A stretch of DNA of 63,982 nucleotides, counting the filler, from Stramenopiles sp. TOSAG23-2 (taxonomy: Eukaryota): the NCBI GenBank assembly GCA_900128395.1. It is 4 parts of 4 records of this genome, joined end to end, with 100 filler letters (N's around TTAATTAATTAA, not from the genome) between each part and the next. Parts side by side here need not be neighbours in the genome. Positions count along the whole stretch, not along the records: positions 1 to 16,114 come from LT649684.1; 3 more parts are not named here. One strand, given 5' to 3'. A program made the position numbers and the translations under genes. Positions 1 through 10,825 of the stretch are shown here, in pieces. The notes under the pieces were generated by a model. It made no database searches and had not been told where the DNA came from. It was given only the letters and a program-made list of their open reading frames with translations. Each line of letters opens with the position of its first letter. The stretch's first letter is position 1.

Positions 1-349
1 CCTCACTGGGGGTTGGGTTGGTTGCAATGGAAGTCATAATTTACAATCTGTATTATTAATACAGCGTTTAAATTATCAATATTTTTAAAAACGAGATCAA
101 TATAAAATAAGAAAAAATATATATAAGAATACATTTTTATATTCGTATTTGGTGTGACCAAAATATTAATTTAAAAAAAATACGAGTATTATAAAATATA
201 TATTATACAAAGTATATTAAAAATATTTTACGAACAATGTGTATATTATTAAATAAATTAAAATGTATAAAAGTGATGAAAAATATTGAGTAATAGGTAT
301 AATATATATATCATCCAAATTATATAATTAATAAAATAGCTGTATAGTA

Positions 350-976
350 CCTAATCGGGTCCATTATCCATAAAAGTGGTGCGCCTACACAGCACTGGTT
401 ATTTGTTCATTGCCAATAACCAGTCCTGTGTACCTGTTAATCCGGAAATCGGTAGGAAAATATCATATAGATAAGTATAATAATTTGTAGTCTAAATCAC
501 ACAATAAAATATTACCTTAATTTACTGTAGAATTGTCGCTTCTCTCTGTAATAACCAGTCCTGTGTACCTGTTAATCCGGAAATCGGTAGGAAAATATCA
601 TATATTGAAGTATAATAATTTGTAGTCTAAATCACAGAATAAAATATTACCTTAATTTAGTTCAATTTAGAGGTTTTTGATGCAAAATTTCAATGAAAAA
701 GCGACAATTCTACAGTAAATTAAGGTAATATTTTATTGTGTGATTTAGATTACAAATGATTATACTTCAATATATGATATTTTCCTACCGATTTCCGGAT
801 TAACAGGTACACAGGAGTGGTTATTGGCAATGAACAAATAACCAGTGCTGTGTAGGTATATGATATTTTCCTACCAATTTCCGGATTAACAGGTACACAG
901 GACTGGTTATTGGCAATGAACAAATAACCAGTGCTGTGTAGGCGCACCACTTTTATGGATAATGGACCCGATTAGG
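350..976. mobile_element. Foldback/MITE-like element with long (~190 bp) inverted arms and internal sub-duplications
   Basis: CCTAATCGGGTCCATTATCCATAAAAGTGGTGCGCC at 350 is the reverse complement of GGCGCACCACTTTTATGGATAATGGACCCGATTAGG ending at 976. Arms ~350-543 and ~698-976 pair with a few mismatches. No clear TSD. Confidence 0.55.
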
Positions 977-1358
977 AATATAAGGTATTGCTATATTGCA
1001 GTGTTTTATTTTCGGAATTCGATCGATCATCAAAAAAATATTATCAAAATATCAAAATATAGATATATATCGATATATATATCCTTTCTCTATATATATT
1101 GATAGAAAATATCGAAAAATCATTAACAGTCGTTTTGTAGTAAGGAACCAATAATCCTTTCTGATTATATACTATTGGTGTTACGTCATACATACATATA
1201 TATATACGTATATATATATTTACTTATTATTATTGGTGTTTTTGTAAATCAATTTTTTAAAATTTCAATAATATAATTATAAATTTCAATAATATGCCCA
1301 AAAAGAAGAAAACGAAAGTATCGAAAAAAGATAAACAAGAATTATAAATTTCAATAAT

Positions 1359-2720
1359 ATGCCCAAAAAGAAGAAAACGAAAGTATCGAAAAAAGATAAA
1401 CAAGCAGCAAGAAAAAAAGCAGATGAGCTTGTTGGGGTAGGAAATGGTCATCTTGAAAATGCTTTAGCTGCTCGTAAACATAGAAATATTGTTGCTACTT
1501 TAGAGGGACTTGCATTGGCAGAGAATTCATATCTAGAAGCTACAAAAGTTAATATAAGTTCTGTACATTTAGATTCTTTGTATAATTTAGGAGTTTGCAA
1601 TGCAATGCGTGCAAATATATATAAAAGACAACGGAAACCATCAGAAAGTCTAGCTGCAAGTAACGTAGCAAAACAACATTTTAATAGTGTCATTGCTGGT
1701 GATACAAGTGGTCGCTCTGAAACACTTGCATTGGCTCATAAATCGATGGCTTCACTTCTTATAGAAGGCGCACCGGGAATGATTGAAAAAGAAACAATAG
1801 GAAAACAAGCGAACAATTTGGCAAATGATGCTATAAAAGAATTGCAACTAGCAATAAATCATATTAATCTAGCGATTAGTATCGGAACTAATACAGGTAA
1901 TTTAGCAAATATTGTCTCTGCTCATCTACAAGCAGGTGATATCCATGCTTTAGCAATGCGATGGTCGTTCCGTATGAATAATATTAATGAAGCATTTACT
2001 AATTGTGAAATTGCATGTTCGCATTTTGATAAAGGTCTTTCCTCTCCTGTTCCTGTTGATGATTTGCAACTTCTTGAACAAAAAGTAAGAGTATTACATG
2101 GCCTTTGCAGTTGGGCTACTGAGAATGATATAGAAAATGAAAAAAATAGTTTAAATCCACGATACGTTGCTGCACTAAATGATGCTGATGAAACGGTTAA
2201 GACCTTATTATTGATTCCACCTGAAGTAGTAGCAAAAGAACAAGGTTTTGGGGAACTGTATATAATCATGGGGGATATTTTTGAAATGAATAAAAATTTG
2301 ACTGAAGCATTGCGTTTGTATGAAAAAGCTGTCGAAATAAAGCCAATTGCAGATGGATTTGCTGGGGCAGGTGATTTGCTTCTTGACGAAGGTAGAGAAA
2401 AATTGAATGCTGCAACGGATAATAATGAAAGAGCAGCAGCTGTAGAACTTCTTCAACGCAGTGCAAATGCGTTTAAAAAAGCAGCTGAACTTGAACCAAA
2501 ACAAAATAATGAACATATATATAATCTTGCTTGTGCAACTGCATTAGCAAATGATGAAACTAAATGTAAGCAAGCGTTAGCAGATTTAAAGAAGAAAGTA
2601 GGAATTGGTGGAAAAGTTGGTACGGAAGCTGTTGGATTACTTTCAGATATGGCAGAGGATACTGACTTTGACCCTGTTCGAGATATGCAATGGTTTATGG
2701 AGGCAGTAAAGAAAGCGTGA
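1359..2720 (+). CDS. TPR-repeat protein
   Basis: 453-aa ORF with helical TPR-like motifs (LYNLGVCNA, ELYIIMGDIFE...EALRLYEKAVEIKP) and a C-terminal YNLACATAL...DTDFDPVR motif typical of TPR-terminal regions. Confidence 0.75.
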   Translation: MPKKKKTKVSKKDKQAARKKADELVGVGNGHLENALAARKHRNIVATLEGLALAENSYLEATKVNISSVHLDSLYNLGVCNAMRANIYKRQRKPSESLAASNVAKQHFNSVIAGDTSGRSETLALAHKSMASLLIEGAPGMIEKETIGKQANNLANDAIKELQLAINHINLAISIGTNTGNLANIVSAHLQAGDIHALAMRWSFRMNNINEAFTNCEIACSHFDKGLSSPVPVDDLQLLEQKVRVLHGLCSWATENDIENEKNSLNPRYVAALNDADETVKTLLLIPPEVVAKEQGFGELYIIMGDIFEMNKNLTEALRLYEKAVEIKPIADGFAGAGDLLLDEGREKLNAATDNNERAAAVELLQRSANAFKKAAELEPKQNNEHIYNLACATALANDETKCKQALADLKKKVGIGGKVGTEAVGLLSDMAEDTDFDPVRDMQWFMEAVKKA

Positions 2721-2854
2721 ATATTGTCCGTATCTTAAAAATAAACTTATATACAACATACACATTTTATATATCCCGATTCACATGTAAATAAGATAAG
2801 ATAGAAAGATAAAAAGAATAAACGTATAGTAGTAATAATAGTAGGAATAATAAA

Positions 2855-3979
2855 ATGAATTGTGGTAGAAGAAATAGTAATAATGTGAAGCAAACAACGT
2901 TTTTTTTAATATTGATCTTGTTCATTATTTCTAATATATTATGTGATGGATATAAAGTCAAAGTCATTGACCGCATGCTTTCAAACAAACCATTAATTTT
3001 AAATGCTAGTGCAAATTCTCCATATTCCAAATCTGGTTGCGATGGTTCAATTTGTACAAATGTATTGAATCCGGCATGGATAAGTTTTGCTGGCGACGAT
3101 CCATCTCTAAAAGATGATGGTGGATTATTTATAAGGTTGTCTTCTCCAGGTACACGTAACTCAGTCATTTCATTATTGCCAGCAATACCTAATTCAAAAG
3201 GACTACAATTTGACTTGCCGCAAGATAAATATATACTTAAAGATGGACCTAAAAATACGGATAAGGAAGTAGCTGAAGGCGACGATCCACGTGCTATTTA
3301 TCGACCATTAACTGGTGAATATTTTGTTTTTTATCAAACCCTTTGGAACAGAACACGAAAAACTCAGATTTCTTCTACAAAAACACCTCGCATATTGTCA
3401 AGTTGGAAAAGATTTAAACACACTATGTTTTCAAAGAATGATTGTGGTACAACGCTTTGGTTTCCAGAGGATGAGGATGATTCTATACCATTGGGAAAGA
3501 AAAGGGCATTTGCGATTGCAACGTTTGGTACTCTTCGTGGGGGTAACTTGTCATTAGTTACATCGAATGATGGCATGCAGTCTTGGGAAGATCACGGAGA
3601 ATTTATATTTACTCGCCCTGATCATTGGGATAATGCAACATTATCTTCAGGGCCACCTCCTCAAAAATTATCAGATGGCAATTGGTTATTTCTTTACAAC
3701 GTTGATAATAAATGGCCAGTTGCAGATCCTAAACCATTTCCATATTTTGGGCGTTGTGCATTAGGTTGGGTGGTTCTTGATAAAAACAATTTTACAAACG
3801 TATTGGCAAGAAGTGAAGAACCTTTAGTATATGCTCAATATCCATGGGAAAAAGAAGGCACAACAGATATGGTAGTGTATACCGATGGAATCCGTCCAGA
3901 AGGTGATGATACATTTACTGTATTTGCTGGTGGTGCTGATACAGTAATTGAAGCATTTACAATCAAAGTGGAACTGTAA
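2855..3979 (+). CDS. Secreted GH130-like (five-bladed beta-propeller) glycosidase
   Basis: Hydrophobic N-terminal signal. LNPAW, GDDPR, SSGPPPQKLSDGNWLFLYN, LGWVVLD, VLARSEEPL...PWEKEG..VVYTDG and AGGADT resemble GH130/DUF377-type motifs. Confidence 0.7.
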   Translation: MNCGRRNSNNVKQTTFFLILILFIISNILCDGYKVKVIDRMLSNKPLILNASANSPYSKSGCDGSICTNVLNPAWISFAGDDPSLKDDGGLFIRLSSPGTRNSVISLLPAIPNSKGLQFDLPQDKYILKDGPKNTDKEVAEGDDPRAIYRPLTGEYFVFYQTLWNRTRKTQISSTKTPRILSSWKRFKHTMFSKNDCGTTLWFPEDEDDSIPLGKKRAFAIATFGTLRGGNLSLVTSNDGMQSWEDHGEFIFTRPDHWDNATLSSGPPPQKLSDGNWLFLYNVDNKWPVADPKPFPYFGRCALGWVVLDKNNFTNVLARSEEPLVYAQYPWEKEGTTDMVVYTDGIRPEGDDTFTVFAGGADTVIEAFTIKVEL

Positions 3980-4497
3980 AAAGAAGTATTATATATATAT
4001 ATATATATATACGGAATATAATCATATGGTACGTATCATACGGTAGAGTTGCGGGGGAACCGCAAGTAGTCAGGTTACCAAAATACTCTCTTTTTATAAA
4101 AAATTTATTTTAAATTATTTATAAATATGATATTAATAAAAAAATAAAAAAAAATTATTTACACAGGCAAAATGTCACTTGTACCCGCATTTTCTCTTAC
4201 TCGCCTGTAGAAAAAATACCGCGTATATATATTTTTTTCCTTTTGGTCCTTTTTTTACTCTTCTACTGCTGGTGGAGTCAACAATACATGTTCTTTTGTT
4301 GTCCGTATACTACTCATGGACCATGATTTTCTCTTTTTATAAAAAATTTATTTTAAATTATTTATAAATATGATATTAATAAAAAAATAAAAAAAAATTA
4401 TTTACACAGGCAAAATGTCACTTGTACCCGCATTTTCTCTTACTCGCCTGTAGAAAAAATACCGCGTATATATATTTTTTTCCTTTTGGTCCTTTTT

Positions 4498-6369
4498 TTA
4501 CTCTTCTACTGCTGGTGGAGTCAACAATACATGTTCTTTTGTTGTCCGTATACTACTCATGGACCATGATTTTGCAGAAATCAATGTAGCCACTGCATTG
4601 TTTCCAATTTTATGTGATGGCATTGGTCCAGTTCCCAGCGCTCCGCTTGTAATATCTGTACGAAATACAGGATCTGGTACAATATTTTTTAAGCAACAAC
4701 GTGCTTGTTTCATTTGGACACCAGGTGCAACAAAAGTCCATGATTTGCATTTGTTATCATCAGCTTCACATAAACGTTGACATGTCTTTGGATCTTTATT
4801 ATCAATACCAAATGTATTATTTATCATATAATCACCACCAGGAAGATCATAATTTGACATATATTCATACGCACGAGAAGGTGTAAAAGTTGCATTATTT
4901 ACACGCAACATGATGTTATCATCAGGGATAATTGTATTAGTCATTACAACACGGCCATCTTGAAAATATGCCTCGATTATAGCAACATCAACCATCAATC
5001 TCAATGTTAATTGTGTATCACTTGAAATAATGGGCACTACATCGTTGTGGTTGTTGCCCAATTGCACATTCATTGTATTTGTATTGTTAATATATTCCAT
5101 TATAATTTTATTATCACCAATCGAAACTTCAAGTGATACAGATACGGTAGGTAGATCCCATACAATCTCAACATCAATAGCATTTCCTCCAGTAAAAGTT
5201 AACGGTGCATCAGATGATGTTATAGTTTGTTTCATTAGCATATCAATTGGTGCCGTGCTACGCAAAGACAGCATTTCCTCTACAGGATTATATACAATCC
5301 GACCAATTCTTGGATCAAATTTCATCTCTCTTGGTACCGTATGTGCACCACTTCTCACAAGTGCCCAGACCCACATTATTCTACGTTTCTTGACTGGATC
5401 GTAAAAATCTTTCGATGCATGCGTTGCCCCGTTGTCTAATGGAATTGAATCGCCATATTGTACCCATGTACCTGGTGTTCCACCTTTCGCTTCAGGCCCT
5501 GGCTTACCTTCCGTCCAAACTCCAACTTGAACATGATCAGCTGGATCACCAGATTTATGAACATGTGTAGGTAATTCCAAAAGTTCTTTTTTTGATAAAT
5601 TTCTACCAATATCTACCAATGCTGGCAATGGAAAGAATGTTGGACAATCACCTAATAACAAAGTTGTACATCCTATTTTATACCATGATTTAAAGTCTAG
5701 CGAACCATATATTGGTGTACCAGTACCATTGCCGCACTTTTGATTGCCAATCATACGCCATTCACCAGATGTTGTTTGCCAAGCTGTTGATGGATCATCG
5801 CCGGTACTATTGACAATTGGGTTATATGCTGGTTTTGTCCAATTCGTATATAATGGATCAGACGGATCGGTGGGAACTGCAACATCATATGTAAAACCAG
5901 TTGAACATGCATCACCTTCTGGTGTGCCTTTAGTACCAATACATTTACCAGGATATACAATAATCGGCTTACCATCCACAATAGTTGCAGAACCTGTGTA
6001 AATTGCTGAATTATCATACCATTGGTCATTCCATATTGCTACAGGCAATCTAGCCCAATGTAAAAAGTCTCGAGAAACCCAATGACCCCAATCAGGCCCT
6101 TGCCCAGCTTTTAAACCTACAGGCGATGGCTCAGCTAAATGATCTTGATAGAAATTATGATACACTTTATGTACTGGATCATAAAATGGTCCATTAGGAT
6201 CGTTTATGGCACAAGCAATATCACTTAAATGAAATACAAAACGTATTGGATTACCTACAATACATAGATCATTTCCTGGCCTACATGTTCCATGTGTACA
6301 TTGCGTAGTATCAGCATGAATTGTTGAACAGATGAGAAGAATAGGAAGTAAAATATTTAATACCATCAT
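4498..6369 (-). CDS. Secreted GH32 beta-fructofuranosidase-like protein with an inserted PAN/apple domain
   Basis: Signal peptide, INDPNG, WGHWVSRDFLHW, YTGSAT, ASKDFYDPVKKRRIMWVW and IIEAYFQDGR. PAN-like segment DLPGGDY...CQRLCEADDNKCKSWTF...CCLK. Confidence 0.85.
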   Translation of the reverse strand: MMVLNILLPILLICSTIHADTTQCTHGTCRPGNDLCIVGNPIRFVFHLSDIACAINDPNGPFYDPVHKVYHNFYQDHLAEPSPVGLKAGQGPDWGHWVSRDFLHWARLPVAIWNDQWYDNSAIYTGSATIVDGKPIIVYPGKCIGTKGTPEGDACSTGFTYDVAVPTDPSDPLYTNWTKPAYNPIVNSTGDDPSTAWQTTSGEWRMIGNQKCGNGTGTPIYGSLDFKSWYKIGCTTLLLGDCPTFFPLPALVDIGRNLSKKELLELPTHVHKSGDPADHVQVGVWTEGKPGPEAKGGTPGTWVQYGDSIPLDNGATHASKDFYDPVKKRRIMWVWALVRSGAHTVPREMKFDPRIGRIVYNPVEEMLSLRSTAPIDMLMKQTITSSDAPLTFTGGNAIDVEIVWDLPTVSVSLEVSIGDNKIIMEYINNTNTMNVQLGNNHNDVVPIISSDTQLTLRLMVDVAIIEAYFQDGRVVMTNTIIPDDNIMLRVNNATFTPSRAYEYMSNYDLPGGDYMINNTFGIDNKDPKTCQRLCEADDNKCKSWTFVAPGVQMKQARCCLKNIVPDPVFRTDITSGALGTGPMPSHKIGNNAVATLISAKSWSMSSIRTTKEHVLLTPPAVEE

Positions 6370-7169
6370 GGTGTTATTCGTATTATTACAATATTATTAT
6401 TATTATCTACAAACTTCGTATATGTATATATCTTGATCAGTTTCTACTCTCACAAATACATTCGCGAAGAAGCGTCGAGCAAGCTCGACTACAATTACAA
6501 TATCTTTTTATATATAAATATCTTTTAATTGTTTTTTTGTTGATAGTGATTATGATGCTTTGGGTAAAATTTTTTTTTTTTGAGATGAGTAGATTATTAC
6601 CTATATACAGTATACTGTATAAGTTCAATAAGTATAACAAGTATAATCTATTATCTATATTATCTATTATCTATATTGTCCTATAATGTGAAAATAATAA
6701 TAAACCTACACACTATGGGAAAATTAAAATATGATGAGCGATTTTGAGTTCACTATTTAACAAAACCACACAGCATCATAATCCACACACCACATCACAG
6801 CAGTCTTTTTTTTTTTACGTACTAGTACGTGCGTACGGCCATAGCACCGTGCCATAGGTACTTATACTATATACATTAACATAATATACTGGTAATAATT
6901 ATTATATTATAATACTTTAACTTCTTTTTTACTTCTGTACATACATCATATTATACATGTTGCACATAATCAGTTAACATTTATGTATGATTCGATACCA
7001 TGATAACCCGCATCGTATACACAACTCTATGCATAACATATACATACATACGTAAATTAGTTATAAAGTATGATTCGATACCATGATAACCCGCATCGTA
7101 TACACAACTCTATGCATAACATATACATACATACGTAAATTAGTTATAAAGTAAGAATATTCAATCTAA

Positions 7170-7982
7170 ATGTCGAGAAGTGCTCATAAAAAGAAAAGCA
7201 AACCAAAAAAGAAGACTAGAAAAGCAAATGGTTATTTAATATTAGTCTCTGGAGATGAAAAACCGGAAATATTTGAAGTATTAGCGCATACTATGTCACA
7301 ATGTTTATTAATCGAACAGTTATTATTTGAAGAAGAGCCAAAATCACATTATGCAAAGAGCAGCGACGCATGTCCAGACGTATTAAAAGGTAAGCGTATC
7401 ATTGAACTGCCAAATATAAGATCAGCCATATTATCGCGGGTAATTGAATTTTGCTCATACCATGAAATGAAACCATTTCATGAAATAAAAAAACCTTTCG
7501 AAACTACAGATCAATTTACAAACTTAGTTACTGAATTTGACTATAACTTTATAGATCAAAACCATGAAATCATTTTTGAATTAGTAATGGCAGCAAACTA
7601 TCTCGATTTAAAGTCTCTATTAGATTTATGCATGGCTAAGCTAGCATGGATGATGAGGGTAAAAGAGCCAGATGAAATATGCAATACTTTTGGTTTTGAA
7701 CATGACTTTAGTCCACTACAATCATACGCATGGGCAGTAGAAAATAGTCATCTCGAGAATGCAGGTAAAGTAGATGCATTTGTTAGATTATTGGAAAAAA
7801 GTGGGGAAAAAGAAGCTGCAGAAAATAAAAATAATAATAATAACGGGAGAAAATCAATAACACAATATCACGAGATCAAGTTACCAGAGGAACGCATACG
7901 TGAAGAATCGAATAAAATAGCACATGCTAAATTTTTAAAGGCAAAAAAAATTCAGGAAAATATGCCAGTCGATAATGAATAG
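7170..7982 (+). CDS. SKP1-family protein (divergent)
   Basis: IELPNIRSAILSRVIEFCSYH and IFELVMAANYLDLKSLLDLCM...DEICNTF are SKP1 POZ and dimerisation signatures. Confidence 0.85.
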   Translation: MSRSAHKKKSKPKKKTRKANGYLILVSGDEKPEIFEVLAHTMSQCLLIEQLLFEEEPKSHYAKSSDACPDVLKGKRIIELPNIRSAILSRVIEFCSYHEMKPFHEIKKPFETTDQFTNLVTEFDYNFIDQNHEIIFELVMAANYLDLKSLLDLCMAKLAWMMRVKEPDEICNTFGFEHDFSPLQSYAWAVENSHLENAGKVDAFVRLLEKSGEKEAAENKNNNNNGRKSITQYHEIKLPEERIREESNKIAHAKFLKAKKIQENMPVDNE

Positions 7983-8699
7983 CTAGAAAAGATTTTTATG
8001 ATACACGCGCGTTTATTAAATTTTTAAATTTTATTTATCTCAAGATACGCTCGTATTAAATTATTAATATAACTCAAAATATACTTTGTATAAAAGATTT
8101 TTTAAATAAAAGTTTCTCTCGATTTTTTAAAATATTTTTTGAATATCTTACGAACCGTCGTATATTAATACGATTACTTTTTAAATTTTATTTATCTCAA
8201 GATACGCTCGTATTAAATTATTAATATAACTCATATATACTTTGTATAAAAAGCAAAAAAATATATATATATTATATATATAATATATTTTTTTTTAAAT
8301 AAAAGTTTCTCTCGATTTTTTTTATTGCACGAAGCGTTCGTATTGAACCGTCGTATATTAATACGATTACTGTTTTAAAATGTATGTATCCTTAATTATT
8401 TACGTGTATCATATCAATATTTTAAATCAAATAAGAACTTTAAAAAATATATTATTTTTTTTTTAAATAAAAGTTTCTCTCGATTTTTTTTATTGCACGA
8501 AGCGTTCGTATTAGATTACATATACGAATTTAAAACACCACACACGCACCAATTACACACTTCCTTGTCGGTTCATATCCAAACCATACACGTCATTACA
8601 AGTTTTTTTTTCTCTCTCGTCTCGCTCGCTCTTTCTAGATGCCCCAAAAATATACGTACCACATTCTATTATCATTTTTATATCTCTAGAGTTTATTTT

Positions 8700-9770
8700 T
8701 CATTGCTTTTTAGCTTCTGCTGGTGGAACTGGAGGTAATTTACCTTTTATTACCTTTGCATTTGGTGCTGGTGGTGGTACACTGCCACGACTACTGCCTC
8801 TATTTCTCCGTATACCAGGTGGTGCCGGGACAACAGTCTTTTTTAACTTTGGTGGTGCTTTCAATCCTGCCCTCTTCCTAAGTTTTTTCAATTTTAACTT
8901 TAATTTTACAACTTGCGACATACTAAATACAGCCGTTTTATTTTTTGATTTCTTACTATTATTTATTTTGTTATTATTATTATTATTATCATCACTATTA
9001 TTACTACTATTATCGTTTTTCTTATTCAAACCTAATGTTTTATTCAATGAAATAGATGCGCGTCTTGTTTTACGAGCTGCAGCTTTTTTAGCAATAGCAG
9101 CTGCAATTGCAGCTGCAGCTTTATCTTCTGCCTCTTCGTGATCTTTGTCCGTTATTTCAACTTGTTTTAAAATTTTATCTAATTGGATTTCTTCCTCTTT
9201 TGCTACAACAACAACTTCTTCTTTTTCAACTATTACAGTAGCAGCAATAGGTGCTGTTGTACCAGCATCGTTGGTTTTAATTGATGTTTCCTCTGGTGAT
9301 GTAGTATTGCTAGTGCCAGCAGTTTCTTCCATATTTGTTGTTTCCATCTTTTTATTGTTGTCGTTGCTGTTATTTGCAACACTAGTTTTGATGCTAGTAT
9401 TAGATTCATTTTTAGTTGTGGAAGATTTTTTTACAGATGCTTCTACTGTTGTTGTTAGAGTAATCTCCACTTTATTATCTGCTTTCTTTTTTTTCGTGTC
9501 TTTTCCCTTTTTACTACTACCTTTTCTTAAAAGCCCCTTCCCTTTACCACGTTTACCACCTTTACCACCAATATTTCTTCTACTTTTCTTTTTTGCACCT
9601 CCAGCAAATGAAGATGCTTTTTTCAACATTAATTTCTTTTGCTCCTCTGCCTTTTTCGCCAATGCACGTTCTTGCCTAGTCATTTTTTTCTCACCATTAT
9701 TTTTTTTCGATGAGCTTTTCTTCAGCCCTGCACCATCTTTTAATGGATTTCCAGCTGCCAATGGATTCAT
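8700..9770 (-). CDS. Lys-rich low-complexity hypothetical protein
   Basis: 356-aa open frame with ATG and a Pro-rich C-terminus. No recognisable domain. Confidence 0.6.
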   Translation of the reverse strand: MNPLAAGNPLKDGAGLKKSSSKKNNGEKKMTRQERALAKKAEEQKKLMLKKASSFAGGAKKKSRRNIGGKGGKRGKGKGLLRKGSSKKGKDTKKKKADNKVEITLTTTVEASVKKSSTTKNESNTSIKTSVANNSNDNNKKMETTNMEETAGTSNTTSPEETSIKTNDAGTTAPIAATVIVEKEEVVVVAKEEEIQLDKILKQVEITDKDHEEAEDKAAAAIAAAIAKKAAARKTRRASISLNKTLGLNKKNDNSSNNSDDNNNNNNKINNSKKSKNKTAVFSMSQVVKLKLKLKKLRKRAGLKAPPKLKKTVVPAPPGIRRNRGSSRGSVPPPAPNAKVIKGKLPPVPPAEAKKQ

Positions 9771-10825
9771 TCCTTCTCTTCTTGTTTTTTTGTTGTTATT
9801 TTTTTATTCTTTTTTTCTTCGCCTTGTATGTATAATATTGTTTCAATCTCAGGTATACACGTTTTACTTTCAACATACAATATCGTCGTCTTCTTCTTTC
9901 TTCTTTTCTTCTCTTATACTCCACAATCTGGTATAATAATTATAAATATATTATAATAACTATAACGTTAACGTGTAAAAAATATATATATATAAGTTTG
10001 TTGTTGTTGGGCACTTCTTTATTAGTTGCAGATTTTTACATATTGAAAATAGAATAGCATAAGTACAATAATTAATATACTAATGTGTTGATTTAAAATA
10101 TCAAATACAATACTTAATTTTACAAAAGAAAATAAACTCGATTCCCCCCCCCCATAAAAATCCATTCTAGCACATTGTAATATATCCGGATCCTACTATA
10201 TATTATACTGTCCTCATAGTCCATTTATAGGTTTCATCATATCTAATGATGCATCCATATTGGATCGAGTAATTAAAAAGCATACTATGAAAATACCACT
10301 TTCTAGCTGATTTATTTAAAAGCATACTATATGAAAACACTACTTTCTAGCTGATTTATTTAAGGATGTTTGATCCTAACACCTAGCTGTCTTCATGGAA
10401 AGCCACAATATGTGGATAGTATAATAGTGTATAGTATAATAATAATAATAATATGGACACAGCAGGTGTTTTGATCAAGAAGCAGCGTCACAAAAAGGAA
10501 ATAGGCACACCAAAAAGATCGAATTTTTCCTACAGTTAGTAGTTAGTCAAAATTAAATATTATTTTATTATATATTTATTTATAAATAGATTTTACGATG
10601 ATGAAATGTAAGATGTTCTACGAAAAAAGTTTTATCATATAAATAAGATAATATTCATCTCACTTTATCTGTCTCTGTATGGGTATTAGTTTCATTTAGA
10701 TAGCATAATATATATATATTGAAGAATATTTCATAGATACTTGTTTTAATAATAATAATATATATATTTTTTTGTTGAATATATAAAATTATTATATAAT
10801 AATAATATCAAATAAATAATTAATA

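Noticed and set aside
9145-9936. 263-aa hydrophobic plus-strand ORF
   Set aside because: It is the antisense shadow of the Lys-rich minus-strand gene at 8700-9770.
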